A stretch of DNA of 64,000 bases from Macrostomum lignano (lineage: Eukaryota), in the NCBI GenBank assembly GCA_002269645.1, contig NIVC01001606.1, positions 1 through 64,000 of the forward strand, given 5' to 3'. The notes under the pieces are model-generated. The model had not been told where the DNA came from. It saw nothing but the letters and a program-made list of their open reading frames with translations, and did no database searches. The position numbers and the translations under genes were made by a program. Each line of letters opens with the position of its first letter. Position 1 is the first letter of the stretch. Shown one piece after another: positions 1-11,769 of this stretch.

Positions 1-1678
1 GTACCATGGTTTGGTCGTATTTCCTCGCGTCAATTCCACCTGTGCAGGTGTCCTCTGATCTCGTATAAGCAGCCGACACTGTGAAATCTGTAAAATATTG
101 AGAGCGGTGAGCACAGCATTGACACAAATAGCGTTGCGGATGGGATCCCAGTCTTTACAGAAGCTGTGTCGACGATCATTTCGGAGCTGCAAAAGTGAAC
201 ATCAGCCACTGTGAGAAGTTTATTAGCATCATGGCGACCGAACACTGCTTTAGCCCGTTGAGATTTGAATTGGCACGGAATGTCCAGTAGTTGAGCGCCA
301 GAATCAGTACTATTAATTGCAAGCCGCTGTCTGCAATACAAAATACCAGATCTACCAAAGCCGCAATGAATGGAGCCGAGTTGTTGGCGGATGAACCATC
401 GAAATTAACTTGTGTGGGATCTCCAATGCTCTTAACGTTGTATACAAATAAAAAATAGGTTGTAGACTGTGTCGCATACTGCAGCAGTGCACAACAGTAA
501 GATGTCGATTCCGTGACTTCTTTGAGGCTGCTGATCGGTGGAGCTCTGATTCTGATGACCAACCCTAAGAAAAAAAACCAAAGCGATCGTATTGGCAAAG
601 TGCAAGCCCATCAGAACACTGTAGAATAAGGTGTACTGATCCGTCTGGTTAAGAAAGAAAAATAAGATGGAAAGATAGCAGCTGTCGTTGGAATCAGGCC
701 AAACCCCAAGCCGCACCAATAGTGAGCCACAGTGTCAGGTACCACTGCACGATCGTGCGAATTTTGGCTCAGCAGTTGCTGCAAATCGTCTTCATTATTA
801 ACAGGATGCTCGCGCAACAGTTTAGCTAAATGCCCGATGTTGATCCAACAGAACAGGCCGAAAATGGCGCAGAGAATGGAGTATTCAGCGCTAAATGGAA
901 AAATATATGGCAGAATTGTGTTTGCCACAGAATTATTGCTTTTTGAATGATTATGATTCTTAAAGTGTTCCAGAACTTCAGAGTTAACGCTTGAGAACCA
1001 AGACGCCAAGCTGGTGACGATTAGAGGGGCCATTAGAACGGAGAATAAAATAGCAGAAAATTTGTTTGGACTTCGGTTGCCACACACTGCGAAGAATATG
1101 GTTTGGAGTATAGTGAACGCGACTTGTAGGAATGGAATCACAAACTTGTCAAGTGTCCACCAGAAATTTGGAAGCCAGCAGTCGTTTCTATGGCTTGTGA
1201 GCTGGATAATACCGTCAATAAATTTTATGCCCTTTCCAACGACATCGAAAAGGCCTAGCAGAATGCAGACGGTCAGCAGGAATGTGGAAGGCATGGAAGC
1301 GTGCCAGTCCAGCTCAGGAATACAGTCTAAGACCTCATTAGGCGACCAATGTTTGTTTCTGTTGCCTTCATTTGGCACTCTTATACTGACACATTTTTTG
1401 CAAAGCAACTGATATAACAGCGAGAGCAGAGCCAAGACTATTAGGACTAAACGAATTATTGGCGACACCAAAGGGCTGTAGTCAGCACAATTCTTGACAC
1501 TTCTCTCCAGGTTGTTGTCTTCTATGATAAAAGCTAAACTCACTAGTGCTGCAATCGCAGTGCAGACGATTAACAGGCCGAACTTAACCCAAAATGTGTC
1601 TCTGTTGTCGGTGCTGTCGGCCGGTGGCCCCACAGTCCCATTAACCAAGGGAACTGTATCGCCTCCACCTGTAGACAT
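1..1678 (-). pseudogene. Otop: Otopetrin-like proton channel, copy 1; intronless, frameshifted, runs off the window start
   Basis: ORFs 611-1678, 432-719, 176-598 and 30-341 together align with the intact 13688-15550 protein across frames, including [17 protein letters not shown] and [12 protein letters not shown] (otopetrin motifs). Some shifts lie near A-runs and could be assembly errors. Confidence 0.75.
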
Positions 1679-2297
1679 GACCGAAACTGCTATTAACTTC
1701 GTGGCAGCTCAGGATATCCCTTAAACAGCTTTTATTCTTTAAGCTTTGACGAAGCCAAAGGTAAATGAAAATAACACCGTTTTAATAACTTGGCAACTCT
1801 GTCTTTCCTAATTTGGTGAAGACTTTTAAAACAAAAATTACAGTAGGAAAGTGCAGTGCATCAGAGTTGACTGCTGATGAAGCCACCGCTCTGCAACCAT
1901 CTCATATTCCAATCTGCAGCATTGACTCACCGAGGGCTGCCGCTAACCGCAGTAGGTTGAAAGTTTCCGGTCAGTTTTTCAGATGACCGCAAAGAACCCC
2001 ACACTTCGATCAGCTGGCACCGCACTAAATGCACATCTGAAGTTCGCAGCTTCCGGTTGACCGGAAGTTCGATATCCGTGGTTGGATTTGTTTGGCAAGA
2101 GCTGCAGCGTAACAGAAGTGTAGATTGAATCTGATGCGGTCTGTCTTGACACAGGAGCAGCTGCTTTCTGTTTGCTTCTAGAAGATATTAACTATATGCA
2201 GCCACTTTCCGTCCGTAACTTGTGAATATGAAATATGAAATATGTTTTTTTACTTTCTGAAAGTATTTAGCTATCCGCGAATTTGCGCATAGAGGAC

Positions 2298-3138
2298 AGA
2301 TTCCTACTGACAGATCCCCTACTGACAGATCCCCTACTGACAGATCCCTACTGACAGATCCCCTACTGACAGATCCCCTACTGACAGATCCCCTACTGAC
2401 AGATCCCTACTGACAGATCCCCTACTGACAGATCCGCTACTGACTGATCCCATACTGACAGATCCCCTACTGACAGATCCCCTACTGACAGATCCCCTAC
2501 TGACAGATCACCTACTGACAGATCCCCTACTGACAGATCACCTAATGACAGATCCCCTACTGACGGATCCCCTACTGACAGATCCCCTACTGACAGATCC
2601 CCTACTGACAGATCCCCTACTGACAGATCCCCTACTGACAGATCCCCTACTGACGGATCCCCTACTGACAGATCCCCTACTGACAGATCACCTAATGACA
2701 GATCCCCTACTGACGGATCACCTACTGACAGATCCCCTACTGACAGATCCCCTACTGACAGATCCCCTACTGACAGATCCCCTACTGACAGATCCCCTAC
2801 TGACGGATCCCCTACTGACAGATCCCCTACTGACAGATCCCCTACTGACAGATCCCCTACTGACAGATCCCCTACTGACAGATCCCCTACTGACAGATCC
2901 CCTACTGACGGATCCCCTACTGACAGATCCCCTACTGACAGATCCCCTACTGACAGATCCCCTACTGACAGATCCCCTACTGACAGATCCCCTACTGACG
3001 GATCACCTAATGACAGATCCCCTACTGACAGATCCCCTACTGACAGATCCCCTACTGACAGATCCTCTACTGACAGACTCGCTACTGACAGATACCCTAC
3101 TGACAGATTCGCTACTGACAGATCCCCTACTGACAGAG
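2298..3138. repeat. 15-bp minisatellite (ACTGACAGATCCCCT)n
   Basis: Direct tandem periodicity; explains the (LTDPL)n ORF. Same family at 47480-47975. Confidence 0.97.
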
Positions 3139-4823
3139 CATCCCGAAGAGGAACGGCGCTAGCGTGTCACTCTGAAGAACTCCTGATGAAGTGTCGAACA
3201 GGTCAGACAGGCCGTCTGCCGTCACCACAGCAGCTCGAGTATCGCATACAGCGCCATGACAGCGTCGATTAGCTGCTGGGGTACCCGGTAGGCTCGAGGG
3301 ACAAAGGGGAGCGCCGCTCTCAACACCGAGTCAAACGCCTTTCGAAAGTCAACGAAGACAATGACCAGCGTAGACTGTCGGATGCGCGCCTCCTCGATGA
3401 CACGGCGGAGTGCGAGGATCTGTTTCACTGCACCGCGTTGCGGCCGGAATCCGTTCTGCTCGTACCGCAGGTGCGGGTCCAGCACCGACTGCAGACGATC
3501 GAGCAGCAGCCGGTTGAAGAGCTTCGCGGTGCAGGACATCAGCGAGATCCGCCGTGGTCTTCTTTCCGCGTTGTCCCTGCCTTCTTCGGGATCGGCACGA
3601 TGTGCGCGACGGTTTACTCGGTAGGCGCAGGAGCGCCGTCGAGCTCGCGCTTCATGACGCCTGTGACCTGGGAGGCCACACAGCGGAGCCGCAGCGCTTC
3701 GACCGGGACTTCGTCGGGGTAGAGCGCCTTGCCGCCTGATGTTTTCCGAGCGAACAGCACAACGTCCTCCGTGTTGACTGGTCTGGTGCAGAAGTCCTCC
3801 TCAGCTGGGAGCGGCGTGTCCAGTGGGAGCGCAATGCTGGCGGGCAGCGGCGACGGGAGCGCGTTCACGATGCCGGCGAAGAAGTTGCGCAATTCATTCC
3901 TGCGCTCCTCCGGAGTGTCGCCGGCCAGGTTTAGCACCACGCGCTTTTTGCGCCCCGTCAGAGTCCGGACGGCCGTCCACACTGCGCGGCTCTTCACGTC
4001 GGGCCGGCTGCAGTGATGTACCGGACGGCGTCATCGACAGCAGGCTGCTGCCGCTCATCTAGAAGACGCTCAAACGCGTCTTCAGTGTCGCCCGTAAGTC
4101 GCCGGTTTCTGCGGAGTCGCTCAAAGTTGAGCCGCGCCTGCCTGATAGACAGGTCGCTCTGCCAGACAAGCAGCGATTTCTGCGCTGGCCGCATCAGCGG
4201 GACCGTCTGCTCTGCAGCGGCTCTAACGGCGGTGCTGATGTCGGAATAATCCGCCTCGCGCTGGTCTCTAAGCGCGCCGACGAAGCCGCCCGCGAATTGA
4301 CGCTTCACGCGGATGTCCAACGCGGGTAGAGCTGGTCGCGCAGCCGCAAGTCGCAGATCAGGAGTCGGTGGTCTGACCGGAGAGCCAGCGGAGCCATGGT
4401 GTCGCAGTTGGTGACGCGGCGGGACTGCGTTCAGGTCTCCGAGCACTGCCATCGTGTCGCGGTTTGGCACCTCTTCCAGCTGCCCAGCCAGGAATTCGAA
4501 GAAGGCACGATCCTCCTCGGGGTGAGCAGCGGTGGGTGCGTACGCGCAGAACAGCCGGATGCAGCGGGCGCGAAGTCGCAGGTCGACCCGCATCAGTCGC
4601 GGGGACAGCGAGATGCAGTGCACGCTCTGCTGGAGGCGCGATCCGATCAGCACGCTGACACCGCCCCGGCCGCGGTTGTCTGCCGACGTGTACAGGAGGC
4701 TCCAGCCGGCTCCGAGGTAGGTCCTCAGAGTGGAGCCCCGGCTCAGCCACGATAGAGACCTCCTGCAGCGAGACGAGGTCCAGCTGTAGGTCGTAGGCCA
4801 GCTGGACAAGGATGGTGCGACGA
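3139..4823 (-). mobile_element. RTE-like non-LTR retrotransposon, 5' half (AP endonuclease plus RT N-terminal part), frameshifted
   Basis: LAYDLQLDLVSLQE, ..AYAPT.., GDLNA (APE); [46 protein letters not shown] (RT). Begins right after TCACAGAGCCA on the minus strand (4824-4834). Confidence 0.88.
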
Positions 4824-5159
4824 TGGCTCTGTGAGTTCCCCAGCTGTGCTCATGCAGAGCTCTGACAGGCATTGTAGGTTTCTTAGAAAGATCTGCCATA
4901 AGGGCTTGCGGCAATAAGTTTTGTTAACCCCCCAAACTTACATTGTGTAGCACCATGTGAGGCTTATAGCCAGGAATTTTACAGACTGAAGTCTCATGAG
5001 TTTCACACAACAGGAATAAATATTCATTATATCAAATATATGGCCGATTTCTGTCTGAGGTTTGCAGGAACCCCCCCCCTCAGAGCCATGAGTGAATAAA
5101 ATTGAGCAGTCTTGATCACCCAAGTAATTGTGCTCAAACAGCTGCTTCTGATTTTTTTT

Positions 5160-5272
5160 TGCACGGATCTTATTTGCACATGTATTTGCACGGCTCTTAT
5201 TTGCACATGTATTTGCACGGCTCTTATTTGCACACGTATTTGCACGGCTCTTATTTGCACACGTATTTGCAC
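5160..5272. repeat. 27-bp minisatellite (inverted, short version of the 30165-31165 array)
   Basis: ATTTGCACGGCTCTTATTTGCACATGT units. Confidence 0.9.
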
Positions 5273-5924
5273 GTTCTTCAGTTCACAAACCCCAAATATC
5301 ACAGTCTTCAGTTCACGATCCTCAAGTAAATACTTTCGTCACTTCGGTAGAGTTCTGTTCAAGCGTATTTCCCTTCGCTTGCAAACATGACTTACTCAGT
5401 TTTGCCTACACTAACAAGAACCGTGGCGACCTTCTCTCAGCACACTAGCACCTGCTACACCGTTTTCTAGAACAAAGTTCTTGCCATCAGCTCCGGCGCC
5501 ATGGAGCTGTACAATCAGCGTGTCGGGGAAAGGAGACTATCCTCGACTCGGACTGTCAAGCGGCAATCCACCCCCTTGAGAGCACCACAACCTGCTCGCG
5601 TACAGTCCTCGACTGCATCGGGCAGCTCAAACACGTAGGCACTTCCAACAAGGTGTCCCTAGGGTGGATCCCGAGCACTCGAGCCACCCCATCAAGTTGG
5701 CCGATACCTTGGCCAAGGCTAGCTCGACTGGTTCTTTCTCTGGTCCCCTGCCCGTGGCTCCAACCCCACCACGTCGTCACCACTCGGATCAACCAGTGGG
5801 TGGCTTCAAAGCACAGGGAGAGAAGAGATAACGCCCACGACTGCCGGAAATCCAGCGCGGCTGTCTCCTGTCATTCCCCCGCCCTGCGCAGGGCGCTGCT
5901 TGGACTCAACCGAGGAGCGCTCAC

Positions 5925-7310
5925 CTGTCTGCAGCCTCTCCGACCGAATTCGGTCGCTCATCGCCCGTCAGCGCACGGTGGTGAAGAATTTGGGCAGATC
6001 GCTCACTGCGGAACTCGATTGCACGGCTGAGAGCAGACTCAAGTGACTCTCGAGATCCAGCCAAAGCGGAGGCTTTGAGAAGTGACTCAACCAAGTGATG
6101 GTGGTCGTTTTGTGCCGCAATGTAGAGAGGTGACTCGCCAGTGTTTCGTTGAAGATTGACGTCGGCTCGTGCTTTGAGGAGTCGATCTGCTCTCCCTCAT
6201 GGTGGCCATTTCGTGATGCAATGTAGAGAGGTCTACAATGTAGCGTTGGTCTTTTACATTGTATTATAGAATTGAGTAGTTAGGTCGAACGATGTACATT
6301 GCGAAGAAGTACTGTATGTATAAATAGAAATCGATCAGCTCAGTGGAGGGAGAGGGTCTAAAATGGCAATTTAAATTGAGCAGCCACACGCACAAAGCAG
6401 TGCAGTTCAAATCGATATAAGATAGCCAATTCACAGCCACATGTGTAGATATGAATAGAATTGGAATCGAGGACATTACTCGTACGCTGCAAAAATAAAC
6501 ATCACTCAGTTACCCACCTACTTGTAGTGTGAGCATCTTTTGCGCTGGTTTGTAGTTAGTTTTGTATTATTGTTGTTAATTATTGTATTTTGCTTCAATT
6601 TAGTCACGCGTTTCCATGTACTTTTTTCTCTTAGTTTAGAGTTTGTTTTGTGTAAACAGGTTAGAGTTAGACGCCAATTTTGTGACTCAGCGGAGGGTTG
6701 AGTTTTCTGCGTACCCCAAGCTTTGCGCGGCCAACCAATCAGAATCGGCCTGGACCCCGGCACGCGGCAAATCCAAGTCTACCCGGCGCCGCGGGTCCAG
6801 TGCAAGTCGGCTTAGCGAGCGGCCGGCCAGACACCCACCACCCGGCTTGAGGGGGGTTTTGAGGGGTTTGACTCAGACTACAGTGAGGTGACTCGCCAGT
6901 GTTTCGTTGAAGATTGACGTCGGCTAGTGCTTTGAGGAGTCCGTCTACTACCTCATGGTGGCCATTTTGTGATGCAATGTACACAGGTGACGAGCCAGTG
7001 TTTCGTTGAAGATTGACGTCGGCTTGTGCTTGGATTAGTAAATCAGCAGCCTTACGATGGCCTTGTTGACATCCAACATACACTGCCGAGAATCCCTCAC
7101 TGTTCTGTTTGTTGAGGTCGACGCTCTCTCGAATCAGCCTCACCAAGATGCCGATTCCGCCCAGGTAGCATGCCAACATCAGCGGTGTCCACTCAATTCC
7201 TCTCCAAGTGAGAATCGTGTCGACACTCCTCCCACTGGCAACGAAGTTCTCCACCGCCTGCAGTCGTCCGCTTCAATCGCCTCAAAGAGCTCTTCATCGG
7301 CTGCAGCCAT
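5925..7310 (-). pseudogene. Inverted paralog D of the ankyrin exon (2 internal repeats plus terminal cap), frameshifted and interrupted
   Basis: DEELFEAIEA, ENFVASGRSVDTILTWRG, DVNLQRNTGSSP, and the terminal ..EAADR with conserved donor AG|GTGAG at 5925/5924. 1-nt shift near 7260 and an insertion of about 650 bp. Confidence 0.85.
6232..6885. other. Insertion of about 650 bp inside an ankyrin repeat of copy D
   Basis: Interrupts GAGTCA-CCT-CTCTAC with an apparent 3-bp duplication (CCT/AGG); one end reads CACTGTAG; no clean matching TIR. Confidence 0.5.
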
Positions 7311-7609
7311 GTCTGATGTCGGAACAAAGAATACTTAGAAAGTTTTGATGATACTTAGAAAGAATAAACAATATTTGAGTCGTCCTTCTGGATTTCTCCA
7401 AGTGCACTCAGAGTGAGCTGCTGTTCATTTTAACCCCAGCGCTGAAGGCTTTTGCTGCTGAGAGCCAATCGGCTTTTCCTGGTTCTCAACCTCATTCGCG
7501 AACTGCTGCCCAGCCAGTGCTGCTCAGTAGCATGCTTCGGAGCGAGCTGCTAAAATTAGAAACTCCTGTGGGCAAATGAGAGAGTGCCTGCAGCTGACAG
7601 AGGTGTCAG

Positions 7610-8090
7610 AAAGGCAGTGAGGCGCCAGGGAAGCAGTGAAGCGCCAAAGAGGCAGTGAGGCGCCAGGGAGGCAGTGAAGCGCCAAAGAGGCAATGAGGCG
7701 CCAGGGAGGCAGTGAAGCGCCAAAGAGGCAATGAGGCGCCAGGGAGGCAGTGAAGCGCCAGGGAGGCAGTGAAGCGCCAGGGAGGCAGTGAAGCGCCAGG
7801 GAGGCAGTGAAGCGCCAGGGAGGCAGTGAAGCGCCAGGGAGGCAGTGAAGCGCCAGGGAGGCAGTGAAGCGCCAGGGAGGCAGTGAAGCGCCAGGGAGGC
7901 AGTGAAGCGCCAGGGAGGCAGTGAAGCGCCAGAGAGGCAATGAGGCGCCAGGGAGGCAGTGAAGCGCCAGGGAGGCAGTGAAGCGCCAGGGAGGCAGTGA
8001 AGCGCCAGGGAGGCAGTGAAGCGCCAGGGAGGCAGTGAAGCGCCAGGGAGGCAGTGAAACGCCAGGGAGGCAGTGAAGCGCCAGGGAAGT
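7610..8090. repeat. 19-bp minisatellite (GGGAGGCAGTGAAGCGCCA)n
   Basis: Direct periodicity. Confidence 0.95.
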
Positions 8091-8348
8091 GTCATATGAG
8101 GGCATCGTGCCATTTCCCGACATCTCACAACCAAATAAGCAAGGTTTCTCGTTCGTTAGAAAAAAGCGCTCTAATTGCTCCACCCGAATGTTACTCATGT
8201 GTACTCGTTTATAAAACGCGGCTCACAATATTCGGGCAAAATGGCCCCAGGCGGTCTCCAGGAGGCGCGCACCGAGGCAAATTTTGTTCGGGCAGCAGGA
8301 TATCAGACTTTTTCTTCTGCCTGTGCGCATCGCATAGCCAGGATTTCG

Positions 8349-8362
8349 GTTGCCATGGTTAC
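8349..8362. promoter_or_regulatory. RFX X-box-like motif upstream of ankyrin copy D
   Basis: GTTGCCATGGTTAC, at the position paralogous to 19804, 33739 and 48191. Confidence 0.55.
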
Positions 8363-8764
8363 GATCAACAACTCGATAATTAATAGCGGTTTATCATATC
8401 GAGCCTCGCCCCATCCTACTTACAGTAGTCTGTGATAAATGCGCATTTTATTCAAACTCTGAGTTGTGCGCCAGCGACTGCAGCATCTTAGGCTACTTGA
8501 TGACGCAAGATTTGAGTTAATTCATGCACTTTTACCGTACGTGGACACTGGTTAATCAAACATAATGATCAGCTGCGACTCCAGCCAGCCAGTCCAGGCT
8601 GCAGGCTCGGCTGCCTGCAAGTCGCTCGGGAGGCCCTCTTTGTCCGGGGGGAATTCCAGTAGGTTTCCGACTTCTGAACCAGCTCGAAACTGCACGAGCC
8701 AACAGTCTTCTAAGTGTAAATAAGTTCGGCAAAGGGAAACTCCGTGCTTGTGAATCTCGACGCT

Positions 8765-9780
8765 TGGGCGCCCCTGTCTCTTTGTGGGCGCCCCTGTCTC
8801 TTGGTGGGCGCCCCTGTCTCTTGGTGGGCGCCCCTGTCTCTTGGTGGGCGCCCTGTCTCTTGGTAGGCGCCCTGTCTCTTAATGGGCGCCCTGTCTCTTG
8901 GTGGGCGCCCTGTCTCTTGGTGGGTGCCCCTGTCTCTTAGTGGGCGTCCCTGTCTCTTGGTGGGCGCCCCTGTCTCTTGGTGGGTGCCCCTGTCTCTTGG
9001 CGGGTGCCCCTGTCTCTTGGTGGGTGCCCCTGTCTCTTGGTGGGCGCCCCTGTCTCTTGGTGGGTGCCCCTGTCTCTTGGTGGGTGCCCCTGTCTCTTGG
9101 TGAGGGCCCCTGTCTCTTGGTGGGTGCCCCTGTCTCTTGGTGGGCGCCCCTGTCTCTTGGTGGGTGCCCCTGTCTCTTGGCGGGTGCCCCTGTCTCTTGG
9201 TGGGTGCCCCTGTCTCTTGGTGGGCGCCCCTGTCTCTTGGTGGGTGCCCCTGTCTCTTGGTGGGTGCCCCTGTCTCTTGGTGAGGGCCCCTGTCTCTTGG
9301 TGGGTGCCCCTGTCTCTTGGTGGGCGCCCCTGTCTCTTGGTGGGTGCCCTGTCTCTTGGTGGGTGCCCCTGTCTCTTAGTGGGCGTCCCTGTCTCTTGGT
9401 GGGTGCCCCTGTCTCTTAGTGGGCGTCCCTGTCTCTTGGTGGGCGCCCCTGTCTCTTGGTGGGTGCCCCTGTCTCTTGGTGGGTGCCCCTGTCTCTTGGT
9501 GGGCGCCCCTGTCTCTTGGTGGGTGCCCCTGTCTCTTGGTGGGTGCCCCTGTCTCTTGGTGAGGGCCCCTGTCTCTTGGTGGGTGCCCCTGTCTCTTGGT
9601 GGGTGCCCCTGTCTCTTGGTGGGTGCCCCTGTCTCTTGGTGGGCGTCCCTGTCTCTTGGTGGGTGCCCCTGTCTCTTGGTTGGTGCCCCTGTCTCTTGGT
9701 TGGTGCCCCCTGTCTCTTGGTGGGTGCCCCTGTCTCTTGGTGGGCGTCCCTGTCTCTTGGTGGGTGCCCCTGTCTCCTGG
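8765..9780. repeat. 20-bp minisatellite (GTGGGTGCCCCTGTCTCTTG)n
   Basis: Direct periodicity. Confidence 0.96.
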
Positions 9781-10516
9781 CAGGCGGCTCTGTCCCTGTC
9801 TGCCACGTCCAAGAAGTAGCAAAAGTTGAGCTCCTGTCTTGGTTCCCCTCCATCATTCCATTTTTGGAGGAGCGCAATGTTTCAATGCCTTTGAAGGTGA
9901 GCTATCCAGGCCCCCTTCTGCGTGGTCCCTCCCGCTGATGGCCCGGCGCCTTCCTGCGGCGGTCCCGGTAGTCGTCGTTCACCGCATCTCTCGTCTCGCT
10001 CGGTAAAGAGCAACTCCGCAACACCACAAGTGGAGCAACAGGTAAGGTTGGCGAGCGCACCTGGCTCCCTGATGAGTGCAACTTAATTTACAGTTTAACT
10101 GCCCCCAACCTGACTACTTGTTCGAACTTCTTTTTTTCCATTTCAACTTGAATTTCTTATCTGGAAGACAACAGATAAAAAAGCCACAGTTTGCGGTTTT
10201 TCCGATCTTCAAATTGCTCGCATTGAAGCAGTGACACTTCAGGCTGCAATCTAATCGCAAATAAAATCCAATGCTGCAAGCAAAACTTTGAGCGTTTGAG
10301 CCACAGAGAGACATTCTCTCTCTATTCGAAAAGTTTCTTATCATGCCGACCCCTGACATAAGCCCACGTCGACCTTTGGCTTAGCAGAGCAGACACAATT
10401 GAGTCCTGGTTTTATCTGCGCTCAGAAATGGGTCTTGACTCTGTCTGTTGAAAACTGAACTACTGTGAGCAGATCAGAGTCACTGAGCTTGCTTGCAAGT
10501 ACTCGATCTGGTAGTC

Positions 10517-10702
10517 AGGATCAGGTACTCGATCAGGTTCTCGATCAGGTACTCGATCAGGTTCTCGATCAGGTACTCGATCAGGTTCTCGATCAGATTC
10601 TCAATCAGGTACTCGATCAGGTACTCGATCAGGTACTCGATCAGGTACTCGATCAGGATCAGGTACTCGATCAGGTTCTCGATCAGGTTCTCGATCAGGT
10701 AT
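10517..10702. repeat. 12-bp minisatellite (GATCAGGTWCTC)n
   Basis: Direct periodicity. Confidence 0.95.
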
Positions 10703-10802
10703 TCGAAACTGACTTTTTTACCTCAGTATTGCTACAGAGGAAAAGTTTTTGAAGGTTGCAATCATATAGGTATTTAAAAGCATTTTTATTGAAAATTATA
10801 TT

Positions 10803-11142
10803 TAACACAGCATTGGTGAACACAGCATTGGTGAACACAGCATTGGTGAACACAGCATTGGTGAACACAGCATTGGTGAACACAGCATTGGTGAACACAG
10901 CATTGGTGAACACAGCATTGGTGAACACAGCATTGGTGAACACAGCATTGGTGAACACAGCATTGGTGAACACAGCATTGGTGAACACAGCATTGGTGAA
11001 CACAGCATTGGTGAACACAGCATTGGTGAACACAGCATTGGTGAACACAGCATTGGTGAACACAGCATTGGTAAACACAGCATTGGTGAACACAGCATTG
11101 GTGAACACAGCATTGGTGAACACAGCATTGGTGAACACAGCA
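10803..11142. repeat. 15-bp minisatellite (AACACAGCATTGGTG)n, nearly homogeneous
   Basis: Direct periodicity. Confidence 0.97.
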
Positions 11143-11769
11143 TACGAGTATTTATGAATACAGGAAGATCCATCATTATAGACATTACAATGAGGCTGTC
11201 ACACAGTTGAATTCTCAACAATATTAAATGCGATATTCTTGAGGTTCAGCGACACAAAAGTGAAACTTAACACTAAATTATAACTTTATGTCTAAATTAT
11301 GAATATAAATTATGTCTGTGGCTCCTGCGGTGGCATCTTCACAGTTGTGGCAGCCACTACACAGAGCGAAGTAGCGAAAACTCTGAGGCAGCTGTCTTTG
11401 AGCGTGAGATGCGACAGGGTGCACTGCAGCAGCTCGTTTGCACAGTGCTGCTACCTCGGCTGAAACTTCTGCGGGAACTGTAGCCTCACTGCTGCCAGCA
11501 GACTGCCGACTGAGCCAGGACCAGTTGCCCGGGCAGTCAGCAGACTGCGAAGCGAGTTTTGGATTTCACTGCCTCGTCTTTGCTCGATGATTTGAGCCTC
11601 TCGATCCAGGCAGTGAAACAGCTGAGTCCTGGGTCAAGTTGAAGGGGTTGGCACTGAAAACTGGTCACTTGTAGTTGAGGGTTCCATTTATTCCTCAAGT
11701 AATTAATAGGCCAATTTAAATTGTGTTGGAAGTGTCATGCACGAATAGTTATTCATGCAATATTTTTAA

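Noticed and set aside
2050-2070. Inverted CCGGAAG (ETS-like) pair upstream of otopetrin copy 1
   Set aside because: Short motif, not conserved upstream of copy 2; insufficient support.
5330-5800. Possible protein fragment (IVSFPDTLIVQLH, USP-like)
   Set aside because: Too short and interrupted by stops; cannot be assigned without a search.
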